Shown: positions 20,065-28,419 of the stretch, piece by piece | How the letters are laid out: every line of letters begins with the position of its first letter | Numbering within the stretch: position 1 is the first letter of the stretch | Assembly: GCA_963845535.1 (NCBI GenBank) | Contig: CAWJSK010000018.1 | Coordinates: 64,001-128,000 of the forward strand | Source of the DNA: an uncultured Spirochaetota bacterium | GTDB taxonomy: Bacteria; Spirochaetota; Spirochaetia; SZUA-6; Fen-1364 | Reading direction: 5' to 3' | Length of the DNA stretch: 64,000 nucleotides | The notes under the pieces: model-generated | What the model was told of the DNA's origin: nothing | Database searches by the model: none | Seen by the model: the letters and a program-made list of their open reading frames with translations, nothing else | Made by a program: the position numbers and the translations under genes

Positions 20065-20793
20065 GTGGCGCATCCGCTTGCGGGAAAGGTTGTTATCATC
20101 ACGGGGGCAAGCTCGGGCATCGGGGCAGCCGCGGCGCGTGAGCTTGCCCGTGCGGGTTGCAAGGTTGCGCTTGCGGCGCGCTCTGGGGAGAAGCTTCAGC
20201 AGCTTTCGAGGGAGATCGGGGAGGCCGCGCTCGCACAGCCGACGGATGTCACCTCGGGGGAAGAGGTGAGGCGGCTCGTGGCTGTCACTCTGGAGCGTTT
20301 CGGCGGGATCGATGTGCTTTTTGCGAACGCGGGCGTCTATGTCCCGGGACAGTTTGCCGAGGGCGGGCAGGACGCGCTGGCGGCCCTGATCGACGTAAAC
20401 GTTAACGGCGTTCTTCGCTGCATCCACGCGGTGCTGCCCCATATGAAGGCCCGAGGCCGCGGGGACATTCTCGTCACCAGCTCCATCTCGGGACACGTGG
20501 ACATTCCGTGGGAGCCGGTCTACAGCGCGTCGAAGCACGCGGTGCAGACCCTCGTTCATACCTTGCGCCGGCAGCTCGCAGCGGACGGCATCAGAGTCGG
20601 GGCGGTTGCGCCCGGCATGGTGGCAAACGAGCTCTGGGGGATAAAGACGCCGGAGGAAGTGGATAGGCTCGTTGCCGCGCGTTCCGCGCTGCGCTCGGAG
20701 GACGTCGTGGAAGCAGTCATCTTCATGCTCAGCAGGCCCCCGCACGTAACCGTCCGGGACCTCGTCATGCTTCCCCAGAGCCAGGACTTATGA
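20065..20793 (+). CDS. SDR oxidoreductase, ribitol-dehydrogenase-like
   Basis: TGASSGIG, FANAGVY, PWEPVYSASK. Confidence 0.85.
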   Translation: MAHPLAGKVVIITGASSGIGAAAARELARAGCKVALAARSGEKLQQLSREIGEAALAQPTDVTSGEEVRRLVAVTLERFGGIDVLFANAGVYVPGQFAEGGQDALAALIDVNVNGVLRCIHAVLPHMKARGRGDILVTSSISGHVDIPWEPVYSASKHAVQTLVHTLRRQLAADGIRVGAVAPGMVANELWGIKTPEEVDRLVAARSALRSEDVVEAVIFMLSRPPHVTVRDLVMLPQSQDL

Positions 20794-21881
20794 AGCACAG
20801 GGATCGCGTCCTCCTGTCCCTGAGTCACGAGCAGCCGGACCGCTGCCCCATCCAGATCAGCTTTACCCCGGAGTTCGCGGAGCGCCTGAAAGGCTCGATG
20901 AACGTCTCCTGCCAGACGCATCACAACCCGCACGGAGGCGGAAACACCTACGAGCTGGAGCGCGCACTCGATGAGGACATGCTCCTCACCTCCGTCGGGT
21001 GGGCCAACAGCTATTATGCCAACGAGGCGTTCGGCCCCGGGCTTTCCACCTACACGGATGCCTGGGGAGTCACGTTCCGCAACTCCACGTATTCCACGCG
21101 CTTCGGCGACGGGTTCTACACGGAGATGGCGGGGCATCCCCTTTCCGAGGATTCCGCCATCCCGGGCTACCGCGCGCCTGATCCTGAAGACCCTGGCCTG
21201 TATTCGGAGGCACGGTGGGTCCTGGACACTTTCAAGAGCGAATACTGGATCGTCGGGGTGACTGTCACCACGATATTCGAGACCGCCTGGGCGCTGCGGG
21301 GCTATGAAAAGCTCCTCATGGACTTCGTCACCGACCCGGACACCGCGGAGGCCATCCTCGATATCCCTTTCGCGTTCCACCTGAAAGCGGCCGAAAGGCT
21401 CACGCGCATGGGGGTGGACATGATCTGGATCGGGGACGACATCGGAACGCAGAACACTATGCTCATGTCTCCAGAAACGTGGCGCCGCTTCCTGAAACCT
21501 CGGATGGCCCGGTTCATATCGACCATCAAAGCCATCAATCCCGCGCTCAAAGTTGCCTACCACTCCGACGGCTGCATCTACGAAGTGATCCCCGAGCTGA
21601 TCGAGATCGGGGTGGACGTTCTCAACCCCATCCAGCCGCGAAGCATGGACCCCGCGCTGCTCAAGGAGAAGTACGGCAGGCGGCTGTGCTTCTGGGGGAC
21701 CATCGACGAGCAGCGCACCCTTCCGTTCGGCGGGCCCGAGGACGTCAGGGAGGAGGTGGCTTCCCGGCTTCGGACCGTGGGCAAAGACGGCGGTCTCATC
21801 ATTGGTCCGACCCACCACGTGCAGCTCGACACTCCCGTGGAGAATATCCTGGCCCTCGTGGATGCCGCGACTCGGCCCTGA
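20790..21881 (+). CDS. Uroporphyrinogen decarboxylase / MtaA-like superfamily protein
   Basis: PDRCP, TDAWG, WIGDDIG, YHSDG, LNPIQP, FWGTID, GGLIIGPTH. Confidence 0.88.
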   Translation: MKHRDRVLLSLSHEQPDRCPIQISFTPEFAERLKGSMNVSCQTHHNPHGGGNTYELERALDEDMLLTSVGWANSYYANEAFGPGLSTYTDAWGVTFRNSTYSTRFGDGFYTEMAGHPLSEDSAIPGYRAPDPEDPGLYSEARWVLDTFKSEYWIVGVTVTTIFETAWALRGYEKLLMDFVTDPDTAEAILDIPFAFHLKAAERLTRMGVDMIWIGDDIGTQNTMLMSPETWRRFLKPRMARFISTIKAINPALKVAYHSDGCIYEVIPELIEIGVDVLNPIQPRSMDPALLKEKYGRRLCFWGTIDEQRTLPFGGPEDVREEVASRLRTVGKDGGLIIGPTHHVQLDTPVENILALVDAATRP

Positions 21882-21986
21882 TTCGACCCTGATCCGGCCC
21901 GCGCCGCAAGAAATCCGGAACCCCAAAAAAGCCGTACTACTGTTCAAGACAGTCGGGCCTCGGGCCCGTTGGAAAAGGGGTGCTCC

Positions 21987-23279
21987 ATGAGATTTCGCGG
22001 AAACATAATTCTTCAGTATTCGATTGCCACGTTCATCATCATAGCTGCCGTATCGGTGGCGCTCGGCGTCACCTTGGCCGCGCAGATCACCGACTACCAG
22101 CTGCGCTCCCACATTCGACTGTACCCCGCGCTGATCGGCCTGATCGTCAGAGACAGTCCCCAGGTCTATGACATGTTCCAGTCTCCTTCCGGCGGAATCG
22201 TTTCACCGTCAACGGAAAGCGTCTTGCGCGGCCTTTTCGGCCTGGGCACGATCTTCCGCGTCAAGGTGTGGAGCGCAAACGGCTCGATCGTGTGGAGCGA
22301 TTCTCCCGAGGAGATCGGCCAGAGGTTCCCTGGTGATCCGCCGCTTGTCGAGGCCCTCCGCGGCAAGCCGGCCTACGAGCTGGGTGAGTCTGAAAAGGAA
22401 GAGAACGTCTCGGAAAAGGACAAGGGGTCCCTTCTCCAAGTCTACACGCCGGTCATGAGGAGCGGAGGCGCGGTCGGGGTTATCGAGCTCTATGAGGCCA
22501 ACAGGGACCTCTTCACGCAAATTGCCCGAAACACGCTTTTTGTCGAAGGACTGGTTGCGGCGGCCGGGCTGCTTCTGTACCTTGCCCTTTTTGCCATCTT
22601 CTTCCGCGCCTACCGGCGCCAGAGGCGGGTCAACGAGGAGCGCAACAGGGTCATGGGGATCTTTGGCCAGCACGTCTCACCGGAGGTCGTGAACGCGCTC
22701 CTCTCCCAGAATATCGAGCAGGATGGCGAGATGCGGAACGTCTGCCTGATGTTTCTCGACATCCGCAACTTCACGGCATACACGGAGAAATCGCACCCCT
22801 CCGAGGTTGTGAACTATCTCAATTCGCTTTTCGAGTTCATGGTGGATTGCGTCAACCGCAACAAGGGGATCGTCAACAAGTTCCTCGGTGACGGTTTCAT
22901 GGCCGTGTTCGGGGCGCCCATACCGGACGGGAAGAACTGCCACCATGCGCTCAAGGCGTCCATCGAGATCCTGAACGAGCTTTCGAGGTTCAATGCCGGA
23001 CGCAACGGGGACGCCACGCGGATCGGCATTGGCCTGCACGCCGGCTACGCGGTCACCGGGACCATCGGCTCGGCTCAGCGCAAGGAGTACACGATCGTGG
23101 GGGACACGGTGAACGTGGCCAAGCGCATCGAAGAGCTGAACAAGACGCTGGGTTCCCGGCTTCTCATCTCGGAGGAGGTCTGGAATGCCCTTGGCTCGAA
23201 GCCCAAGCAGTCGAAGAGGGTCGGTCGGGTCAAGGTCAAGGGGCATGAAGCCCCCATACTGTTATACAAAGTGGCTTGA
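21987..23279 (+). CDS. Membrane-bound class III adenylate cyclase
   Basis: Two TM helices flanking a sensor domain; MFLDIRNFT, NKFLGDGFMAVFG, EYTIVGDTVNVAKRIE. Confidence 0.92.
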   Translation: MRFRGNIILQYSIATFIIIAAVSVALGVTLAAQITDYQLRSHIRLYPALIGLIVRDSPQVYDMFQSPSGGIVSPSTESVLRGLFGLGTIFRVKVWSANGSIVWSDSPEEIGQRFPGDPPLVEALRGKPAYELGESEKEENVSEKDKGSLLQVYTPVMRSGGAVGVIELYEANRDLFTQIARNTLFVEGLVAAAGLLLYLALFAIFFRAYRRQRRVNEERNRVMGIFGQHVSPEVVNALLSQNIEQDGEMRNVCLMFLDIRNFTAYTEKSHPSEVVNYLNSLFEFMVDCVNRNKGIVNKFLGDGFMAVFGAPIPDGKNCHHALKASIEILNELSRFNAGRNGDATRIGIGLHAGYAVTGTIGSAQRKEYTIVGDTVNVAKRIEELNKTLGSRLLISEEVWNALGSKPKQSKRVGRVKVKGHEAPILLYKVA

Positions 23280-23312
23280 GCGCGGGACCGGCAAAAAGGC
23301 CGCGAAAGGCGC

Positions 23313-24881
23313 TTATCCCTGTTTGCCCAGCGCTTCCGCCTGCGGGACCCCGGCCATCATCAGGCCGAGCTGCTCGTTGGTGGCTTCTCCGCGGTCCACC
23401 CGGCCGATGATGCGGCCCTCGTACATCACGTAGATCCTGTCCGAGAGCGCGCAGATCTCGTCGAGGTCCTCCGAGATCAGGAGGATCCCCGTGCCGCTCT
23501 CCCGTTGCGCGAGCAGGCGCTGGTGGATGTACGCGGTGGAGCTGATGTCCACCCCGCGCGTGGGCTGGGCGGCAACCAGCATGGCGGGATGGCGTGAAAG
23601 CTCGCGCGCCATGATGAGCTTCTGGATGTTTCCGCCCGAGAGGTTCTTCAGGGGCGTATCCAGGCCGGCGGTCTTCACGGCAAAATCTTCCACGAGCCGC
23701 GCGGCGTGGGCCTGCATGCGGGAGAAGCTCAGGAAGATGCCGCGCCTGAATCGGGGAGACACGTGGTCATGGAGGAAGATGTTGTCCTGGACCGAGAACT
23801 CGCGGATGGCGCCGTCGCGCATCCTCTCCTCGGGAATGTATGCCATGCCGGCGTCAACCCGTTCGTTGAGCGACGCCGAGGTGATGTCGATGTCTCCGGT
23901 CCTGATCTGCCCGCTCTTCACCTTGCGCATCCCCGCCAGGCACTCGGCAAGCTCGCGCTGGCCGTTCCCTGAAACCCCCGCCAGTCCCACGATCTCTCCG
24001 GCATGGACGGTAAGGTCAACGCCTCGAAGCCCCTCCGTGCCGCGGTCTCCCATGGCGTGAAGCCCCGTGACGGCAAGGCGCGGCGCCCCGGGCTCCCGTG
24101 GCCGCGGCTCGAGGTCCTTCAGCTCCCGGCCCACCATCATCCGTACGAGCTCCGAGCGCGTGACCTCCCCGGTGGGACGGGTGCCAATGACCTTGCCGTC
24201 GCGAAGCACGGTGACCCGGTCACTGATGGCCATGACTTCCTGCAGCTTGTGAGAAATGAACACGAGGGAGTGGCCCTCATTCACCATGCGGCGCAACGTG
24301 GAGAAGAGGTCCTTGACCTCCTGGGGCGTGAGCACCGCGGTGGGCTCGTCCAGGATGATGAGTCGGGCGCCGCGATACAGGGCCTTCATGATCTCCACGC
24401 GCTGCTGCTCGCCCACGGAAAGCTGCCAGACGTACGCGTGAGGGTCCACTTTCAAGCCGTATTCCTCGGAAAGCTCCTTGATGCGGGCAGTGACCGCCTT
24501 GAGGTCGAGGAGCGGCGCCCGGGAGGACGGCTGTCCCAGCGCCACGTTCTGGGCCACCGTGAGCGTAGGGACGAGCATGAAGTGCTGGTGGATCATGCCG
24601 ATGCCGGCCTTGATGGCATCCGCGGGAGAGCGAAACACGAGCCGTCTTCCGTCGATGATGATCTCCCCTTCATCCGGCTGGTACAGCCCGTAGAGTTGCC
24701 GCATGAGAGTGCTCTTGCCCGCCCCGTTCTCACCGAGCAGGGCATGCACCTCCCCTGCCGTCACGTCGAAGCAGACCTTCGAGTTGGCGCGAACACCGGG
24801 GAAGCATTTGACGATGTCCACCATCTCGACGTGTCGGGAGGAGTACGTGGGGCGTTGCTCAGGTATCTCTGTCATGCGCAA
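23313..24881 (-). CDS. Nucleoside/sugar ABC transporter ATP-binding protein (two NBDs)
   Basis: GENGAGKS, LSVGEQQR, LDEPT, LSGGNIQK, AQPTRGVD. Confidence 0.95.
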   Translation of the reverse strand: MRMTEIPEQRPTYSSRHVEMVDIVKCFPGVRANSKVCFDVTAGEVHALLGENGAGKSTLMRQLYGLYQPDEGEIIIDGRRLVFRSPADAIKAGIGMIHQHFMLVPTLTVAQNVALGQPSSRAPLLDLKAVTARIKELSEEYGLKVDPHAYVWQLSVGEQQRVEIMKALYRGARLIILDEPTAVLTPQEVKDLFSTLRRMVNEGHSLVFISHKLQEVMAISDRVTVLRDGKVIGTRPTGEVTRSELVRMMVGRELKDLEPRPREPGAPRLAVTGLHAMGDRGTEGLRGVDLTVHAGEIVGLAGVSGNGQRELAECLAGMRKVKSGQIRTGDIDITSASLNERVDAGMAYIPEERMRDGAIREFSVQDNIFLHDHVSPRFRRGIFLSFSRMQAHAARLVEDFAVKTAGLDTPLKNLSGGNIQKLIMARELSRHPAMLVAAQPTRGVDISSTAYIHQRLLAQRESGTGILLISEDLDEICALSDRIYVMYEGRIIGRVDRGEATNEQLGLMMAGVPQAEALGKQG

Positions 24882-24906
24882 TCTCCGAAAAAGCCGGGGT
24901 CAAGGC

Positions 24907-25020
24907 AGGCGCGCCTCCGCGCGGAGGCGCGCCTTAGGTACGTGACATAGGCCGCGCCTTCCGCCCATCCAACCCCACGGAGTACCGTGGGAGGGCTCGG
25001 CGCGGCTACGCCATCCCTGG
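24907..25020. repeat. Intergenic palindromes / stem-loops (REP-like)
   Basis: Perfect 28-bp palindrome AGGCGCGCCTCCGCGCGGAGGCGCGCCT (24907-24934); second structure GCCGCGCC...GGCGCGGC enclosing CCCACGG-AGTA-CCGTGGG. Confidence 0.75.
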
Positions 25021-25992
25021 CTAGGGTTGGACCGTGATCTTTCCGCTTGCAATTCCCTTGATGGCGGCGTCACCGGCCGCCTTCACGCTCGCGGGAAGCT
25101 TGTGGGACGGGTTGTAGGCGACTTTCAGTCCGCCGTTGTCCAGCGTCAGCGTGTAGGTGACGCCTCCGAGCACGCCCTTCTGGTGCTTCGCGATGATGTC
25201 CTTCAGCATGCCCACCCAGTCATATACCTGGCTGGCCACGACCAGCTTGGGCGCCAGAGAAGCCTGGTTGGACTGAGTGCCGAACCACAGGACCTTGCCG
25301 GCGTCCTTCGCCGCGCCGATCGAACCGACCACCGACTGCGATGATCCGGTGAGGACGTCAGCGCCGTTGGCAATGTGGGTCTTGGCCGCCGCCGCCATCA
25401 GCGCCACGTCCGAGAACGATCCGGTCCAGGTTTTCGAAATCGTGATGTTGGGGTCCACCGACTGCACGCCCTGCACGAATCCGTCGATGTAGGTCTTTGC
25501 ATCTCCGACTTCCACGGGTCCTGTCACGCCGACCTTCTTGCTTTTCGTGAGCTTTGCCGCAAGCACTCCGTTCACGTATCCGCCCTGCTCGGCTGCCGCG
25601 GTGTACGCGTAGACGTTGGGCAGGCCGAAGGTGTTCACATCGGTGCCCCAGGCAAACGTCACTTTGGGAAAGTCAGGGGCTATCTCCTGCACCGAGGAGC
25701 CGTACTGCGACCCGTGAGCGATCACGATGTCGAACCCCTGGCTGGCATAGTCGCGGACCGCTGCCGCCGCGTCGGGGACATTGTACATGTTCTCCGAGTA
25801 CTTCAGCACGAGAGCGGACTCTCCGCCCATCTCCTTCTGGATTGTCGTCAGGGCGTTCCACATGGATTGGCTGAATGCCATATCAGAGATCGCGCTGGGC
25901 ATCACCACCGCGATGCGAAACGGCGCTGCAAAAGCGCCGGCCGCCAGCAGGACAATCAAGATGGCTGCGACGAGAAACCGTTTCCCTTTCAT
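25021..25992 (-). CDS. BMP family ABC transporter substrate-binding protein (purine nucleoside type)
   Basis: Signal peptide; DMAFSQS, DIVIAHGSQY, GYVNGVLAA, WTGSFSD. Confidence 0.92.
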   Translation of the reverse strand: MKGKRFLVAAILIVLLAAGAFAAPFRIAVVMPSAISDMAFSQSMWNALTTIQKEMGGESALVLKYSENMYNVPDAAAAVRDYASQGFDIVIAHGSQYGSSVQEIAPDFPKVTFAWGTDVNTFGLPNVYAYTAAAEQGGYVNGVLAAKLTKSKKVGVTGPVEVGDAKTYIDGFVQGVQSVDPNITISKTWTGSFSDVALMAAAAKTHIANGADVLTGSSQSVVGSIGAAKDAGKVLWFGTQSNQASLAPKLVVASQVYDWVGMLKDIIAKHQKGVLGGVTYTLTLDNGGLKVAYNPSHKLPASVKAAGDAAIKGIASGKITVQP

Positions 25993-26081
25993 GTATCCTC
26001 TCCTTTCGATCCCCCCGGGAGTCTCCCCGCGGAGGGATTCATCATCGCGGCCAACGGCCGCGCTTGTGCACAATTGGCTTT

Positions 26082-27014
26082 TCAGCTTTCTCCCCGTTCG
26101 AACGGCTTATTGAGCGCCGCGGGCTGGCGCATGCGGTTGACCGTCACCGTCAGCGCGGCGATGGTCAGGATGTACGGGAGCATGATGGCGATGCTTGAGG
26201 GGATCTTGACCCCCAGGACCTGGACCCAAAGCTGGAAAGAGTTGACCGCGCTGAAAAGGAGCGCGCCGCCCAGGACGCCCACGGGGCTCCATCCTCCGAA
26301 ATACACAAGGGCAACGGCTATGAAACCCTGCCCAGCCGTCAGGTTATCCTGGAAGAGGTTCAAAAGCGATATGGAAAGGGAAGCGCCGGCAACGCCCGCA
26401 AGGACGGCGCCGCTGCACACCGCTATGTAACGGATCCGGTCCACGCTGATCCCCACGGAGTCCGCCGCCGCGGGGTTCTGGCCCACGGACTTTATCTTCA
26501 AGCCGAGGGTCGTCTTTTCCAGCAGCCACCAGACCACGGGGACAAGGAGGAACGCTCCATAGACGAGGATGCTGTTGCGAAAAAGGATGGGACCGAGGAA
26601 AGGGATGTCAGCCAGCAGGGGAATGGGGACCGGGGGGAACCCTACCACGGTCTTCACGGTCCCGATGAGGATCTTCAACAGGAGGCTGGACATTCCCAGA
26701 CCGAACATGTACAGGCCGATGCCGCTGACCCCCTGCTCTGCTTTCAGCGTCACGCTGACAAAAGACATCAGCAAGCCCAGGAACAGCCCGACCACCGCGG
26801 CAGCAAGCAGGCCGAGCCAGAGGCTGCCCGTCGTGAGCGCCGTGTAGAAAGCGGCGAACGCGGACAGGAGCATGATGCCGTCCACGCCGAGGTTCACCAC
26901 CCCTGAGGTCTGCGCGACGGTCTCTCCCAGGGCAGCGTAGAGGAAAGGAGTAGCCAGGCCCACCATCGTGTTGAGTATCCCCGAGACGACCGCCAGGGAG
27001 AAGACGTTCTTCAT
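26082..27014 (-). CDS. Nucleoside ABC transporter permease
   Basis: AALGETVAQTSGVVNLGVDG, GQGFIAVALVYFG. Confidence 0.92.
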   Translation of the reverse strand: MKNVFSLAVVSGILNTMVGLATPFLYAALGETVAQTSGVVNLGVDGIMLLSAFAAFYTALTTGSLWLGLLAAAVVGLFLGLLMSFVSVTLKAEQGVSGIGLYMFGLGMSSLLLKILIGTVKTVVGFPPVPIPLLADIPFLGPILFRNSILVYGAFLLVPVVWWLLEKTTLGLKIKSVGQNPAAADSVGISVDRIRYIAVCSGAVLAGVAGASLSISLLNLFQDNLTAGQGFIAVALVYFGGWSPVGVLGGALLFSAVNSFQLWVQVLGVKIPSSIAIMLPYILTIAALTVTVNRMRQPAALNKPFERGES

Positions 27015-28144
27015 GCCGTCTCCTCCTGGTCCATCTGTTCGTTCGTGCGCCGCCGCGAGGCCCACCGCCGTGACCACAGCGCCGAGCCGGAGACGAAAAG
27101 CACAACGAGCCCGAGGATGGCGTTTATGAGGGAGGAGGGAACCTGGGCGGAGCGCTGCATGGTGTCCGCCCCCACCAGGAGGCCGCCGAAAAGAATTGAG
27201 GCCGGGATCAGCCCGATGGGATGCAGGCTGCCCATGAGCGCGGCAACGATCCCCGTGAACCCGTAGCCGCTCGTCAGGCCCTCCAGAAGCCGATGCTGTA
27301 CTCCGATGACCTCAACCACTCCGGCGAGGCCCGCAAAGCCCCCTGCCAGGGTCAGGGAGAGCGCCTGAAATGTCGGCACTTTGATCCCCGAGTAGCGGGC
27401 GGCGTCCGGGTTCAGTCCCACCGCCCGGATGTCATAACCGATGGTGGTGCGCCAGAGGAAAACATACACCACTACGGCGAGCCCCAGCGCGACGATGGCT
27501 CCAGCGTGAAGCAGCGTTCGAGGCACCAGCCGCGGCAGCCATACCGCATGCGGAAGCTGGGCTGACTGCGCCAGGAATGTTCCTGCGGCTACGCCTGCCG
27601 GGTCCATGAGCGGCCCTTGCAGCAGGAGGTTCATGAGCTGCAGCGCGATTGCGTTCAACATGATGGTGCTGAGGATCTCATTCACGTTGAGCCGGGCCTT
27701 GAGGATGCCCGGAATGAATCCCCAGAACGAGCCGGCCACGAAACCGGCAATCAGGGTGGCGGGGATGAGAAGCCAGCCCGGCCACGTATGGAAATAGAGG
27801 GGGAACCATGTCGCCATAAGGGCGCCGGCTATGATCTGTCCCTCTCCCCCGATATTGATCACGTTGGCCCTGAAAGCGATGCAGATCCCCAGCCCGACCA
27901 GGAGGAGCGGAGTGGCCTTGACGAGCGTCTGGGTGATGCCGAACGTCGTTCCAACCGCGCCGTGGACAAGGGATGCATATGCGGCAAGCGGGTTTGCCTT
28001 GAGGATGACCAGCATCACGGCGCCGAGAAGGAGCGCGAAGACAACTCCCGCCACCGGCAGGAGGACATTCAGCGCTATCCTGCTCCAATCGACGGCAGGA
28101 CCGTTTCCCCCCTGCGCCCGTTGTGTGGCTTTACCGGTTGTCAA
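27011..28144 (-). CDS. Nucleoside ABC transporter permease
   Basis: NIGGEGQ, NEILSTIMLN, GYGFTGIVAALMG. TTG start at 28144 chosen for its GAGGG RBS. Confidence 0.92.
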   Translation of the reverse strand: MTTGKATQRAQGGNGPAVDWSRIALNVLLPVAGVVFALLLGAVMLVILKANPLAAYASLVHGAVGTTFGITQTLVKATPLLLVGLGICIAFRANVINIGGEGQIIAGALMATWFPLYFHTWPGWLLIPATLIAGFVAGSFWGFIPGILKARLNVNEILSTIMLNAIALQLMNLLLQGPLMDPAGVAAGTFLAQSAQLPHAVWLPRLVPRTLLHAGAIVALGLAVVVYVFLWRTTIGYDIRAVGLNPDAARYSGIKVPTFQALSLTLAGGFAGLAGVVEVIGVQHRLLEGLTSGYGFTGIVAALMGSLHPIGLIPASILFGGLLVGADTMQRSAQVPSSLINAILGLVVLFVSGSALWSRRWASRRRTNEQMDQEETA

Positions 28145-28216
28145 GATTATTTCCCTCAGGACCTTTTTACCATATGCGCAGGCTTCTGACAAAGCAAAAT
28201 CGTCGAAGGATGAGAA

Positions 28217-28232
28217 TGCAAGCGCCGTACCA
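28217..28232 (-). promoter_or_regulatory. Putative sigma54 (-24/-12) promoter for the ABC transporter operon
   Basis: Minus strand TGGTACGGCGCTTGCA, i.e. GG-N10-GC, close to the TGGCACG-N4-TTGCW consensus, about 70 bp upstream of the permease start. Confidence 0.65.
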
Positions 28233-28419
28233 GATCCGCGGTGCTGGGCTGCATCAGGCTAATTCATTTCGATGCAAGGAAAAGATCATCCAGGCGGATG
28301 CCGGCCTGCTTGATGGCGCAGCGCAAAAATCTACGCGCGCGTGTTTTTCCCAGCCTGGAAGCTACGGATTTGTAACCGCGCTGATTGCCCGAAAAGCGGA
28401 CTTGAGGGTATGCTCCGGC

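Noticed and set aside
18925..20745. 606-aa antisense ORF, and similar long shadow ORFs (20556-22112, 34149-35420, 41639-43384, 46054-47436, 61258-62592)
   Set aside because: They lie opposite well-supported genes, show no motifs, and are expected from high-GC codon bias.
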